From Gemmatimonadota bacterium (GTDB lineage Bacteria > JAAXHH01): a DNA stretch of 64,000 nucleotides. The notes below the pieces were generated by a model. It saw nothing but the letters and a program-made list of their open reading frames with translations, was not told the origin of the DNA and searched no databases. The DNA lies in NCBI GenBank assembly GCA_026705925.1, contig JAPOZT010000015.1, forward strand, positions 123,144-187,143, read 5' to 3'. Below are positions 26,961 to 36,327 of the stretch, piece by piece; the stretch's first letter is position 1; each line of letters begins with the position of its first letter. Both the position numbers and the translations under genes were made by a program.

Positions 26961-29345
26961 TCATCTCGAACCCGCACCGATGGGTAGGCCGAATCCCACG
27001 TACCACGTCCGGCCCGCGGCCGGCTCGAAGAAGCGGTCCCCGAAGGCGTTGGGGACGATGGAACCATTGTAACGCGTATCGAACAGGTTGTTGACTCCGG
27101 CGAACAGGACGCCGCCGACGATCTCTCCACGGTAGGTGATCCCCGCGCGCAAGTCTACGAGGCCGTAACCGTCGTTGACGAAGTCGGACACGGGCTTTGA
27201 GCTCTCGGGAGCGGGCCCGTTGAAGTCGTTGGCGTAGTACTCCGCCGTCCATTGCGCATTCAACTCCACGAACGCGCCATTGCCCGGATGGGTGTAGGTG
27301 AATCCGGCGAACAGGTGGTGAGGCGGCACGCCGGGCACTTCGTTGTCCGACAACTGGTAGCGCGAGGTGCTTCCATCGACCTCCCGCTCGACTTCGAAGT
27401 CGTCGAACCTGAATTGCATGCCGGTATAGGCTACCGCCAGGTTGACCGGGGGCAGGGGAGACCAGGTCAGCTTCAGTTCGATGCCCCGGTTTTGCGTTTT
27501 GCCCGCGTTGCGGAAAAAGACCTCGTCCGTCTCCGGATTGTCGATCTGGAAGGGCAGGAGCATATTGCGTATGCCGAAGGTGAAGAGGGCCGCGTCATAG
27601 GCCAACCCGGCATCGGGCAGGAATCCCTTGATACCCAACTCGAAGCCGCGGATTCGTTCGGGCTCGAGATCGGGGTTGAAACCCCCGGCCTGCGTGGGCT
27701 GGTTGCTCAGTTCCGTGGTGGTCGGCGTCTGGAAGGCTGTGGAGAAATTGCCGTAGATCGCCGTGAGCGGAGCCGGCCGGAAGGCCACGCCCAGGTGGGG
27801 ACTGAACTGTGCCATGTTCCGCGTTCCCGAATCGTCGGTCTCATCACTCAGAAACCGGTCCTTCGCCTCGTACCGGAACCGGTCGTACCGTCCGCCGGCG
27901 GTGACGGAAACATCGGCACGGGGTGACCATTCAAGCTCCACGAAGGGGCCGAAGCCGTCGACGCCTTCCTCCTGGTCCAGCCGTTTCTCCCCGCGAGAGA
28001 TTTCGTCGAAGACGCGGGCGTCGTCCAGCGTGCCTACGAGGTCTCCCGGAATGCCGCCGTTGCCGTATTCACGCCGTTCGTCGCGCTGTATCTCCAGATC
28101 CACCCCTGCCGTCATCCGAATTCCGCCGTTTCCGATCCCGCCCTCGCGGCTGTAAATTCCCCGGATTCCTCCGGCCATGCGGTCCAGGTCGATGATCCGG
28201 CCCGGTATGGGGTTGAACAGCGTGCGTCCCATGCCGAACACCGTGATCTCCCCCTCGGCCCCTGGCGCCGCGTAACGAAGGGACAGGCCGCCCTGGAACT
28301 GTCTGACCTCCTTTGACGCGCCCTGTCGCTGGACGAAGGCCCTCGCGCTGGCGGGTTCCGACTCGGCTGTGGCCTTGTCGAGAGTGCTCGGGTTGTACTG
28401 GTAGGGGGCGTTGTAGTAATTGGCTACTGCCGTGACGCTCCAGGTATCGTCGATCATCCGTTTTCCGATCGAATTGATGCCGGTCGAACGCGCGAAGGCA
28501 TGGTCGCGGAACCCGTCGAACCAGAGCGTATTGAAATTGACGAGAAAACGGTTGCCGCCCGCGGTGCCGGCCGCCTTGCCCTGCATGCGCCGCAGGCCAT
28601 GGGAGCCGGTAATGAAACGGGGGGTGACTTCGAACGGCCGGTCAGGGGCCTCTTCGGTGCGGATCTGGATGACGCCGCCCGCCGCGTTGCCGTAAAGCGA
28701 CGAACTGGGACCCCGCAGTACTTCGATCTGCCCCGCCGAGGTGAGATCGAGGTTGTTGAGCTGGGACTGTCCGTCGGCCATGGTCAGCGGAATGCCGTCC
28801 AGCACCAGCTTCACGCCGCGCACGCCGAAGGACGCCCGGCTGCCCAGGCCGCGGATACTGATCCGGTCGCCCTGGGAAACGTTGTTCCGGTTGTTTACGA
28901 TGATGCCCGGGAGTCCACGTACGCTTTCCTCCAGGGACAGCCCGGGTTCGGCGCGCTGGATCTCGTCCCGGTCCACCCGGTCCACGGCATAGGGTATGTC
29001 GAGGATTTCCCGGAAATAGCGGGTAGCGGTGACTTCAATGGGTTGAAGGACGTGGTCTACGGCAACGTCGGTGGTGTCCGGAGTGGTGCCGTCCGGAGTG
29101 GTGGTGTCCGGAGTGGTGCCGTCCGGAGTGGTGGTGTCCGGAGTGGTGCCGTCCGGAGTGGTGGTGTCCGGAGTGGTGCCGTCCGGAGTGGTGGTGTCCG
29201 GAGTGGTGCCGTCCGGAGTGGTGGTGTCCGGAGTGGTGCCGTCCGGAGTGGACTGCGGCCAGGCGTGGGCGGGTTGCGGATGCAGAAGCGGATGCAGTAA
29301 CAGATGCAGAAACAGGACGCCGCAGGCTGGGAGAATCGTTTTCAT
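26961..29345 (-). CDS. TonB-dependent outer-membrane receptor
   Basis: Signal peptide, IEVTATR TonB box, ISIRGLG, IEVLRGPSSSLYGNAAGGVI plug, GVNNLFD..Y, FFEPAAGRTWYVG. Confidence 0.94.
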   Translation of the reverse strand: MKTILPACGVLFLHLLLHPLLHPQPAHAWPQSTPDGTTPDTTTPDGTTPDTTTPDGTTPDTTTPDGTTPDTTTPDGTTPDTTTPDGTTPDTTDVAVDHVLQPIEVTATRYFREILDIPYAVDRVDRDEIQRAEPGLSLEESVRGLPGIIVNNRNNVSQGDRISIRGLGSRASFGVRGVKLVLDGIPLTMADGQSQLNNLDLTSAGQIEVLRGPSSSLYGNAAGGVIQIRTEEAPDRPFEVTPRFITGSHGLRRMQGKAAGTAGGNRFLVNFNTLWFDGFRDHAFARSTGINSIGKRMIDDTWSVTAVANYYNAPYQYNPSTLDKATAESEPASARAFVQRQGASKEVRQFQGGLSLRYAAPGAEGEITVFGMGRTLFNPIPGRIIDLDRMAGGIRGIYSREGGIGNGGIRMTAGVDLEIQRDERREYGNGGIPGDLVGTLDDARVFDEISRGEKRLDQEEGVDGFGPFVELEWSPRADVSVTAGGRYDRFRYEAKDRFLSDETDDSGTRNMAQFSPHLGVAFRPAPLTAIYGNFSTAFQTPTTTELSNQPTQAGGFNPDLEPERIRGFELGIKGFLPDAGLAYDAALFTFGIRNMLLPFQIDNPETDEVFFRNAGKTQNRGIELKLTWSPLPPVNLAVAYTGMQFRFDDFEVEREVDGSTSRYQLSDNEVPGVPPHHLFAGFTYTHPGNGAFVELNAQWTAEYYANDFNGPAPESSKPVSDFVNDGYGLVDLRAGITYRGEIVGGVLFAGVNNLFDTRYNGSIVPNAFGDRFFEPAAGRTWYVGFGLPIGAGSR
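29071..29250. repeat. Perfect 30-bp tandem repeat x6 (two 15-bp subunits) in TonB receptor N-terminus
   Basis: GTGGTGTCCGGAGTGGTGCCGTCCGGAGTG x6; encodes (TTPDG-TTPDT)n. Confidence 0.97.
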
Positions 29346-29364
29346 CGAGTACCGAATCGATGGG

Positions 29365-29391
29365 GCGGGGCGGACGACGGGTCCGCCCCGC
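29365..29391. other. Perfect 11-bp intergenic inverted repeat
   Basis: GCGGGGCGGAC-gacgg-GTCCGCCCCGC between DUF1080 gene and TonB receptor. Confidence 0.75.
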
Positions 29392-29399
29392 GGTGTTCA

Positions 29400-30026
29400 C
29401 TAATCCAACGAACGAATCTTGATGTTCTTGAACCGTATTTTACCCTGGCCGAAGGCCTGCAGCACGACGACGCCGCTGTAATGGGAGGAATCCTGAATCT
29501 TTACGGCTTCTTCCCCGTTCAGCATTACCGTGATGTCACGTCCGTCCGCGGTGATGACCATGGTGTTCCACTGGCCTTCGGTCTTCGGCGGCGGTTCGTA
29601 AATGGCCAGCGCCACGATGCTGCCGGTGGTGTAGCCCGAGCCGTGGGTATCCGCGATATTGATCTCGTAGAAGGAGTACTGGTTCACCCTCGCCCCGGTA
29701 TCGCGCGGTCCGCGGACGAATACGCCGCTGTTGTGGCCGGCGTCCTGGTTGAACTGCACGCTCAACTCAAAGTTGGTGAACTCGTCGTAGGACCCGATGT
29801 ACCCGGGGCCACCCGTCGCTTCCCCGGTGAGCATGCCGTCTTCCACCGCCCAGATGGCGGTACCGCCGCGGTGGGTCCAGCCCAGGAGGGTCTGGCCGTC
29901 GAACAGCAGCTTCCAGCCCGCCTCCTGCTCCGCTTCGGTCAGCATATTGTCCTGCGCGGCGGCCGTGCCCTGCATGCAGGCCGCGATCAGGACTGCGGCG
30001 GCCACGCTCCAGATGTAGCGTTTCAT
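29400..30026 (-). CDS. DUF1080 (3-keto-disaccharide hydrolase-like) secreted protein
   Basis: LTEAEQEAGWKLLFDGQTLLGW, NSGVFVR, YEINIAD, GQWNTM, IRFKNIKIR. Confidence 0.92.
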   Translation of the reverse strand: MKRYIWSVAAAVLIAACMQGTAAAQDNMLTEAEQEAGWKLLFDGQTLLGWTHRGGTAIWAVEDGMLTGEATGGPGYIGSYDEFTNFELSVQFNQDAGHNSGVFVRGPRDTGARVNQYSFYEINIADTHGSGYTTGSIVALAIYEPPPKTEGQWNTMVITADGRDITVMLNGEEAVKIQDSSHYSGVVVLQAFGQGKIRFKNIKIRSLD

Positions 30027-30107
30027 TACGATTCTCCTGTTTTAGTCGCCAACTGCGGGATGCTCGATCCCGTTCTCCCTGTAACGCCGGCCACTCGCCT
30101 TCTCCGG

Positions 30108-32114
30108 CTATTCGCCTTCTTCGGCTGCGGGTTCCTCGCCCAGTTTCAATGCCACCAATTCGGCGGCATGTCCACTGGCGCCGACGGTCATGATCAGGTA
30201 TTGCACGTCATTGTGCATGTAGGTCATGGGCATGCCGCTCTGGGCTGCCGGCAGTTCGATCGACGCGACGACTTCGCCCGTCGCCTTGTCGTAGGCGTGC
30301 AGATAGGGATCTCCTCCGAAGCCCTCGCCGGCGAAGAGCAGCGTGCTCGTCACCAGGGAACCGATCCGGGTGGCCTTGCCGGTCCGGGGCAGATCGACGC
30401 CCGCGAGTTGCGGCAGGTCTTTGATGGCCTGAGGCGTATCGCCGTTTGGCGCCATCCACACGTGATCGCCCGAGTTCATGTCCACCGCCGTGATCCGTCC
30501 CCAGGGCGGCCTGACCAGCGGGATTTCGCCGAAGACCCGCGGCGCTCTCAGGCCAGCCGAGAAGTAGTCCATGTCCGACTCCTCGGGATCCGGCGCTCGC
30601 AGCGCCAGCTTCGAAATGCTGGTGTTGGAGGGGATGAAATTCACGCCGGAAACCGGATCGAGGCAGGTCATGTTCCAGTTGACCCCGCCGTTAGCACCCG
30701 GGATCTGGATCGTGCCGATGGTACCGTCCGGCGCTTCCGCGAGCGAAGGCGGCTGATAAAGCGGTCCGTACCGGTGGTTGGCCATCAGGTTGATCGCCTC
30801 CTGGCGCACTTCCGGGGTGAAGTCCACCAGGTCGTCCTGGCTGATACCCTGGTGTTCCCAGGGGGCGGGCTTCACGGGAATCGGCTGCGTAGGCGAAGCC
30901 CGGTCGCCCGGTACGTCCGTCGCGGGGACGTCGGTCTCGGGCATGTCCCAGATGGGTTCGCCGGTCACTCGGTCGAAGACGTAGGAATAGCCCTGCTTGG
31001 TGTTCTGGATCACGATCTTGCGCGGCTCGCCGTCGATCGTTACGTCGGCCAGGATCGGCGCGGCGGGATTGTCATAGTCCCAGATATCGTGATGGACGAT
31101 CTGGAAGTGCCAGATCTTCTCGCCCGTCGTGTAGTCGACGGCCACCAGGCTGTTTGCGTACAGGTTGTCGCCCAGGCGATGCCCGCCGTAGTAATCGTTC
31201 GTCGGCGCTTCGATGGGCAGATAGGCATAGCCCAGATCCTCGTCGGCGGAAATGGAGGTCCATACGCCGGCGTTCCCGGTATAGGACCTGGAATTCTGCT
31301 CCCAGGTCTCGGAGCCTTCCTCGCCGTCGTCCGGAATGACCTTGAACTTCCAGAGGACCGCGCCGGTGCGGGCGTCGTAGGCCACGACGTCTCCTGGCGA
31401 GTTGGTCATCGACCTTGGCCGGAATCCTGCGGCGAGGGCCGGCGGAACGAGTATGATGTCCCCCACGACCGTCGCGGGAGACGTGTTGGCCAGGTTGCCT
31501 ACGGGCGTGACGTTCTCGGAATTGCGCCAGCCGTCCATCATGTCGACCACACCGTTATCGCCGAATTCGGCCACCGGGATGCCCGTCTGGGCGTCGAGGG
31601 CCACCAGGTAGAAACCCCGGGTGATCAGGATGACCCGGTTGTCTCCCTGCCCGTCGGTCCAGAACGAGACGCCACGGCCTGAATTCCGCCGAGGAGCCGT
31701 TGCCCAGCGTTCTTCGTCCTCCACCGGGCGGTAGGTCCACATCGTCTCGCCGGTTTCAGGTTCGATGGCCATGGCGCTGCGCCGCGTACCCGCCGTGGAA
31801 TAAAGCATGCCCCCCACGTAAATGGGTACCGGCTGGGCATAATACTCGGGACGGGGACCGAAATTGTCCTGCTTCCATCGCCAGGCTACTTCAAGGCGGC
31901 CCACGTTATCCGCGTTGATCTGGTCCAGCGGGGAATAACGCGTGTAGGCCAGGTCGCGGCCCAGCATGCGCCATTCGCTGTCAGGCTGCTCCACCGGGAT
32001 AATCTTGCCCGGTGCCCTTTGTGCCGCGGGTTCGCAGGACGCTAATACCGTGATCGCCATGGCCAGCGCGATCACCGGCGGCATCCAACGAAACAAGGGG
32101 GAATATCTACTCAT
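30108..32114 (-). CDS. PQQ-dependent (glucose/sugar) dehydrogenase lipoprotein
   Basis: Lipobox LASC; RYSPLDQINADNV, RGVSFW, WHFQIVHHDIWDYD, PPWGRITAVDMN, PMTY; GGGAGG RBS. Confidence 0.93.
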   Translation of the reverse strand: MSRYSPLFRWMPPVIALAMAITVLASCEPAAQRAPGKIIPVEQPDSEWRMLGRDLAYTRYSPLDQINADNVGRLEVAWRWKQDNFGPRPEYYAQPVPIYVGGMLYSTAGTRRSAMAIEPETGETMWTYRPVEDEERWATAPRRNSGRGVSFWTDGQGDNRVILITRGFYLVALDAQTGIPVAEFGDNGVVDMMDGWRNSENVTPVGNLANTSPATVVGDIILVPPALAAGFRPRSMTNSPGDVVAYDARTGAVLWKFKVIPDDGEEGSETWEQNSRSYTGNAGVWTSISADEDLGYAYLPIEAPTNDYYGGHRLGDNLYANSLVAVDYTTGEKIWHFQIVHHDIWDYDNPAAPILADVTIDGEPRKIVIQNTKQGYSYVFDRVTGEPIWDMPETDVPATDVPGDRASPTQPIPVKPAPWEHQGISQDDLVDFTPEVRQEAINLMANHRYGPLYQPPSLAEAPDGTIGTIQIPGANGGVNWNMTCLDPVSGVNFIPSNTSISKLALRAPDPEESDMDYFSAGLRAPRVFGEIPLVRPPWGRITAVDMNSGDHVWMAPNGDTPQAIKDLPQLAGVDLPRTGKATRIGSLVTSTLLFAGEGFGGDPYLHAYDKATGEVVASIELPAAQSGMPMTYMHNDVQYLIMTVGASGHAAELVALKLGEEPAAEEGE

Positions 32115-32276
32115 CACACGCTGCCTCCCATGATGCAGGTTGATTGGTGCTGCGAATCGCATGTGCAGAATCGTTTGGATACAGAAGTGTCACGGACCGG
32201 GATTGGGTTTCAAGCCCGTATTCCCTGTATACAAAACAGGCGATCTGGTATTGAAAAGTTTTGCAAATATCAAGCC

Positions 32277-32305
32277 AATTTAGTGTCGCGTTCAGTTGAT
32301 GTAAA
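32277..32305 (-). promoter_or_regulatory. Putative sigma70 promoter for the PQQ dehydrogenase operon
   Basis: TTTACA-17 bp-TAAATT on minus strand in AT-rich intergenic DNA. Confidence 0.55.
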
Positions 32306-32385
32306 GCCCTTTATGGCAGAAGACGTATGGACGCAACTTCATGGGCGGCGTGCCCGTCGGGTTGAGGGTGCTGCCCGGTGCACAT

Positions 32386-32994
32386 TCAAAACGGTAGCCC
32401 GTGATACTTCAGCGCCCGTTTCAGGCGTTCGATCGTCGTGTAGTGATGTCCATCCATGCCCAACTCGGCCACGGCGTTTAAGTTTTCGGACCTGTCGTCG
32501 ATAAAGAACGCCTCGTCTGCCTCGATACTGAGCAGGTCGAGTGCCGCGTTGGAGATGCCGGGATGGGGTTTGACGTGGCCTACCGCGGAGGAATTCACGA
32601 CGTGGTCGAATGCCTGGCCGATGCCCAGCCGCTTTAGATCGGAGTCAAGCCGGGTCGTGGCATTCGTGATGAGCGCCAGGCTCGCACTGTCGCGGCATCG
32701 CTGCAGTAGAGCCAGCACATCGGTATCGACTTCGCCCGGCGAGAGGGACCACAACCGCACCGCTTTCTCGGCGTCGGCCGCCGGATATTCAAGACGAAGC
32801 CGTTCAGCGACCTCCGACCTCCAGCTTTCATCGGTAATCCGTCCCGTCGTGGCGCGGAGCAGCAGGTCGGGTTCGAAGGCCGTATTCAGCAGGGCGTCAG
32901 GCGGGAGGCCCGCAGCGATTTCGGCCTGTTGTACGATCCCTGGATCCCACCTGCGGATGACGCCGTCGAGATCGGTCAGCACCGCCTTGATCAT
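32386..32994 (-). CDS. HAD-superfamily hydrolase
   Basis: DLDGV motif I, ITNA, KP, FFIDD. Confidence 0.88.
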   Translation of the reverse strand: MIKAVLTDLDGVIRRWDPGIVQQAEIAAGLPPDALLNTAFEPDLLLRATTGRITDESWRSEVAERLRLEYPAADAEKAVRLWSLSPGEVDTDVLALLQRCRDSASLALITNATTRLDSDLKRLGIGQAFDHVVNSSAVGHVKPHPGISNAALDLLSIEADEAFFIDDRSENLNAVAELGMDGHHYTTIERLKRALKYHGLPF

Positions 32995-33021
32995 GAGTTC
33001 AGCGCACACTTGAGTTACCGA

Positions 33022-34776
33022 CTATCGTTCAGGCCAGGGCGTCTCGGGTGGGCCGAGATGTGGTTCGCCCAGTACGGGGGTCGACAGGCAGTAGAAACCG
33101 TGGTTGGTAAACAGCCAGACCAGGTTGCGGTCGTATTCGACGTAGATGCCATGGGTCAGGTTGCCCAAAGCATATTCCGGGGTGCGGGACGGGTCGAATT
33201 TCGGTACGAAGTAGGCAGTGATCTTCGGATCGGAAAGGTCTGAGACATCGAATACCTGCACGCCGGCGTTGTAGAAAGCATAGAGGAGGATGTCCTCCTT
33301 CGGCGTTCCGGGTTGGGTGTAATAGCCGCTTCTTTTCGGCCCGAAACTCCCGCGTCGCTGCACGAAATCCGTGAACGGCGCATCCGCGGGCGGCACCGGC
33401 CTGGGCAGCGTGCCGAGCAGCCTGGGATTGTCGGGATCATTCACGTCGATTATAAAGATGTCCTTGTAGGGCTCCCAGCCGTCTTCGTTCAAGGGGTAGC
33501 CGGAAAAGTAGACCACGCCGGTCTTTTCCACCTGCGACACGTTAATGTAGTCGCCTTCCGTGCCCGCGACGCTGGGCGGGAAGTTGAGGTGTCCCAGCGC
33601 TCTGATTTCGGTTGGATCCGAGATGTCCAGCACGTAGAACCCCAGGCCACCCATGGCGGCATAACCGTACCTCCCGCCTTCCTCCACGGGCCGGGGCATG
33701 AAAATCGACATGCGCGCGCCGAACCATGAAGTCCGGTTCCCCGCGCGGGGATTGGCCCGGTAGGCGGCCTCATCGCCGGGTTCGCCCAGCTTCTGGCCCG
33801 GCACGTTGAACTGGCTGAGAAACTTGGGATCGGCCGGGTCGGTCATGTCCCAGGCCTGGTAACCGGCCGAGTACAGGTCGCTCGGGTATTCGGTAAGCGC
33901 GTATTCCGCGCTGGGCGCCGCGGCGACGAACATGTATCGGCCGCCGTGCCAGGCCGGGATGTCCCGCACACCGGAACCCTGTTGCGCGCCGACCGGCGCG
34001 TCGGGGTGCTCGTAGTCGGTGGTTCGCTCGGCGATCATGGTCCAGTCATCCGGCAGGGGCCCGCTCATCTCGTATACCTTGAACCCCTTGAGATGATTGG
34101 CATTTCGAATGGCCTTCACCTTGTCCGGTTCCGCGCGCTTGTCGCTCAGTACGCCGAAGCGCCGGATCTCGAAGGCCTGCACCATGACGTACTTGCCCAG
34201 ATCCTCGTTCCACTGGATGGACGCGGCGCCGAACATGTCATCCTCGTCATAGGGATTGACCTCTTCGCCCGGTCCGTCTCCGGTCCACGTGCTGCCCTTT
34301 TCGTGGACGACCCGCAAGTCCTTCGGATCGGTGATATCGTAGATTTTGAGGGCGCGCCGCACATACTGGTACATGTACCTCCGACCGTCGAAGTCCACGA
34401 TGTTCTGCCAGGTATGGAAGGGTTCGACGGTGATCGGGTAGTAAGCCTCGACGGTCATGTCCTTCGCGTACTCGTTCGTATCCCAGTAGTCCAGCTGGCC
34501 TTCGAAGGGTTTGGACTCGTGCTGATGGGGCGTGGCCGCGGGGTAGACGAACCGCCCGGTTTCCGGATCCATCCCATAGCTCGCGGGATCGGGTTCGGGG
34601 GGCGTACGATCCTCCGCGAGCGCGTCGGCGCGGAGGACGTATTCATCTGTTACGGCGGTCTGGGGCGGGGATTCGACTACCGGGGCAGAATCTCCTTCCG
34701 CAGCATCGCCCTCCGTAGAAGATCCGCAGCCAGCAGCGATCGCGCCACTCAGAAGCGCGGCAGCGAGCGTCTTCAT
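33022..34776 (-). CDS. LVIVD-repeat (beta-propeller) lipoprotein
   Basis: Lipobox AAGC; repeated IYDITDP, AWDMTDPADP, VLDISDP, IIDVNDPDNP, AFYNAGVQVFDVSD. Confidence 0.82.
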   Translation of the reverse strand: MKTLAAALLSGAIAAGCGSSTEGDAAEGDSAPVVESPPQTAVTDEYVLRADALAEDRTPPEPDPASYGMDPETGRFVYPAATPHQHESKPFEGQLDYWDTNEYAKDMTVEAYYPITVEPFHTWQNIVDFDGRRYMYQYVRRALKIYDITDPKDLRVVHEKGSTWTGDGPGEEVNPYDEDDMFGAASIQWNEDLGKYVMVQAFEIRRFGVLSDKRAEPDKVKAIRNANHLKGFKVYEMSGPLPDDWTMIAERTTDYEHPDAPVGAQQGSGVRDIPAWHGGRYMFVAAAPSAEYALTEYPSDLYSAGYQAWDMTDPADPKFLSQFNVPGQKLGEPGDEAAYRANPRAGNRTSWFGARMSIFMPRPVEEGGRYGYAAMGGLGFYVLDISDPTEIRALGHLNFPPSVAGTEGDYINVSQVEKTGVVYFSGYPLNEDGWEPYKDIFIIDVNDPDNPRLLGTLPRPVPPADAPFTDFVQRRGSFGPKRSGYYTQPGTPKEDILLYAFYNAGVQVFDVSDLSDPKITAYFVPKFDPSRTPEYALGNLTHGIYVEYDRNLVWLFTNHGFYCLSTPVLGEPHLGPPETPWPER

Positions 34777-35891
34777 GGCTTGGCCTCCATGGGCGTGACG
34801 AGCCGGCCGATGCCCTCGATCTCCATTTCCACCACGTCGCCCGGCTGGAGGTATTCGGGCGGATTCCTCGCTCGGCCCACACCGTCCGGCGTGCCCGTAG
34901 CGATCACGTCGCCCGGATAGAGGGTCTGGACGGAGGTCAGATACCGGATCATGTGCGCTTCATCGTAGATCATGTAGCTGGTGTTACTGTCCTGCTTGAT
35001 CACGCCGTTGACCCAGGTCTTTATGCCGAGGTCGTCATGCTGGATGAACTCCTTGGGCACGATGTACGGGCCAAAAGGCGCGGCGCGGTCGCTGCTCTTG
35101 CTGTTGAACCAGTTCGGACCGGGGAACATGCGGTTGATCGGCTTCAGTCCTGAGCCGCCCCGGCGGCTGACGTCGAATATGATGCTGTAGCCGAAGACAT
35201 AGTCGTGGGCGTTTTCGAGGGTCAGGTCCAGGGCCGGCCGGCCGATAATGATGGCCAGCTCGACTTCCCAGTCGATGTTCACGTCCTTCGGCACGTAATA
35301 AGGTTCGCCCGGATCGATGATGGTGGACCTTGGCGACTTGGCGAAGAAATAGGGTTCTTCGGCATCCACGTCCACTTCAACGGCGGAGAAACCCGCGCCC
35401 CCGATGGCCGATTCTTCCATCTCGTCCGCGTGGGCCCGGTAATTCGCCGCGGCCGCCAGCAGGTTGTAGGGATACTTGATCGGCGCCTTGAAAGAGACGT
35501 CCTCCGGATCGAACACGAAGGGCAGGTCCGGGTTCGTCAGGCGATTTTCCGCTCCCATGTAGTTCGCGATCGTGTACATGCGGTTGGCAACGGCGTCGTA
35601 CTGCTCGATCAGCGCGCGCATTTCCATTGGAATGGATACCACGGGCAATCCAAGCTGCCGGGTGACGTAGGCGTTCGCCTCGTGCAGGTCCATCAGCCTT
35701 TCCTGGTCCGCCTTGTCCGCCCGGACTGCCATGCCGATGCGGATCGTTCCCGTGGCCTCGAAGGTGGCGAGCTTGAAGGGCGTGTCCGGCTGGTCCGATA
35801 CCTGGGACCGGGCCGAGCCGGGTGAAGCCAGCCATAACGCTACGCCTATGAACAGGACGGCGGCCGGCAGAAATCGTATCCGGTACGACAT
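34773..35891 (-). CDS. Fumarylacetoacetate hydrolase family protein with signal peptide
   Basis: AANYRAHADE, DWEVELAIIIG, FDVSRR, SKSSD, PGDVIATGTPDGVG; GGAGG RBS. Confidence 0.9.
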   Translation of the reverse strand: MSYRIRFLPAAVLFIGVALWLASPGSARSQVSDQPDTPFKLATFEATGTIRIGMAVRADKADQERLMDLHEANAYVTRQLGLPVVSIPMEMRALIEQYDAVANRMYTIANYMGAENRLTNPDLPFVFDPEDVSFKAPIKYPYNLLAAAANYRAHADEMEESAIGGAGFSAVEVDVDAEEPYFFAKSPRSTIIDPGEPYYVPKDVNIDWEVELAIIIGRPALDLTLENAHDYVFGYSIIFDVSRRGGSGLKPINRMFPGPNWFNSKSSDRAAPFGPYIVPKEFIQHDDLGIKTWVNGVIKQDSNTSYMIYDEAHMIRYLTSVQTLYPGDVIATGTPDGVGRARNPPEYLQPGDVVEMEIEGIGRLVTPMEAKP

Positions 35892-36082
35892 GGTAGCATC
35901 CTCCTAGATGACCGGTTGATCAGGGCACGTCCGAATCTTCGGGCCAAGACTGCGCGCCAGATCGCGATATTTCGGATTCGGCGACCTGCCGGAGCATCCG
36001 GCCGGTAAGTCGCGAGGTAACGGGGTACGGAAACGAACAGGTAGGATGGATATGCTGGATTTCTGTTGTCTGAGAAATCGGA

Positions 36083-36157
36083 TCGGGGCGGGGAGATTTG
36101 AACTCCCGACCTCCTGCTCCCGAAGCAGGCGCGCTGACCGGGCTGCGCTACGCCCCG
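36083..36157 (-). tRNA. tRNA-Pro (anticodon CGG)
   Basis: CGGGGCG acceptor stem, CCTGC-TTCGGGA-GCAGG anticodon arm, GTTCAAATC T-loop; no encoded CCA. Confidence 0.96.
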
Positions 36158-36206
36158 ATGTATGACCAATCAAGGGACAAGGGCCCGGTGGGCTGCCTTG
36201 CCGGAA

Positions 36207-36280
36207 TCGGGGCGACTGGATTTGAACCAGCGACCACCAGCCCCCCATGCTGGTGCGCTACCTGACTGCGCTACGCCCCG
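36207..36280 (-). tRNA. tRNA-Pro (anticodon GGG)
   Basis: CGGGGCG acceptor stem, CCAGC-ATGGGGG-GCTGG anticodon arm, GGTTCAAATCC; no encoded CCA. Confidence 0.96.
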
Positions 36281-36295
36281 AAAACTTCGGGGTAT

Positions 36296-36324
36296 AATGT
36301 ATGCCGAGGAGGGGCTTCGGGCAA
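36296..36324 (-). promoter_or_regulatory. Putative sigma70 promoter of the tRNA-Pro pair
   Basis: TTGCCC-17 bp-TACATT ending 15 bp before the tRNA. Confidence 0.65.
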
Positions 36325-36327
36325 GGG

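Noticed and set aside
29071..29250. Repeat array as a possible CRISPR
   Set aside because: Units are contiguous and identical with no unique spacers, lie in frame inside a CDS, and no cas genes are present
29304..31682. 792-aa plus-strand ORF and similar long antisense ORFs (2269..3978, 10225..11631, 40200..41567, 51111..52727)
   Set aside because: Antisense shadows of well-supported genes, expected with high-GC codon bias; no motifs
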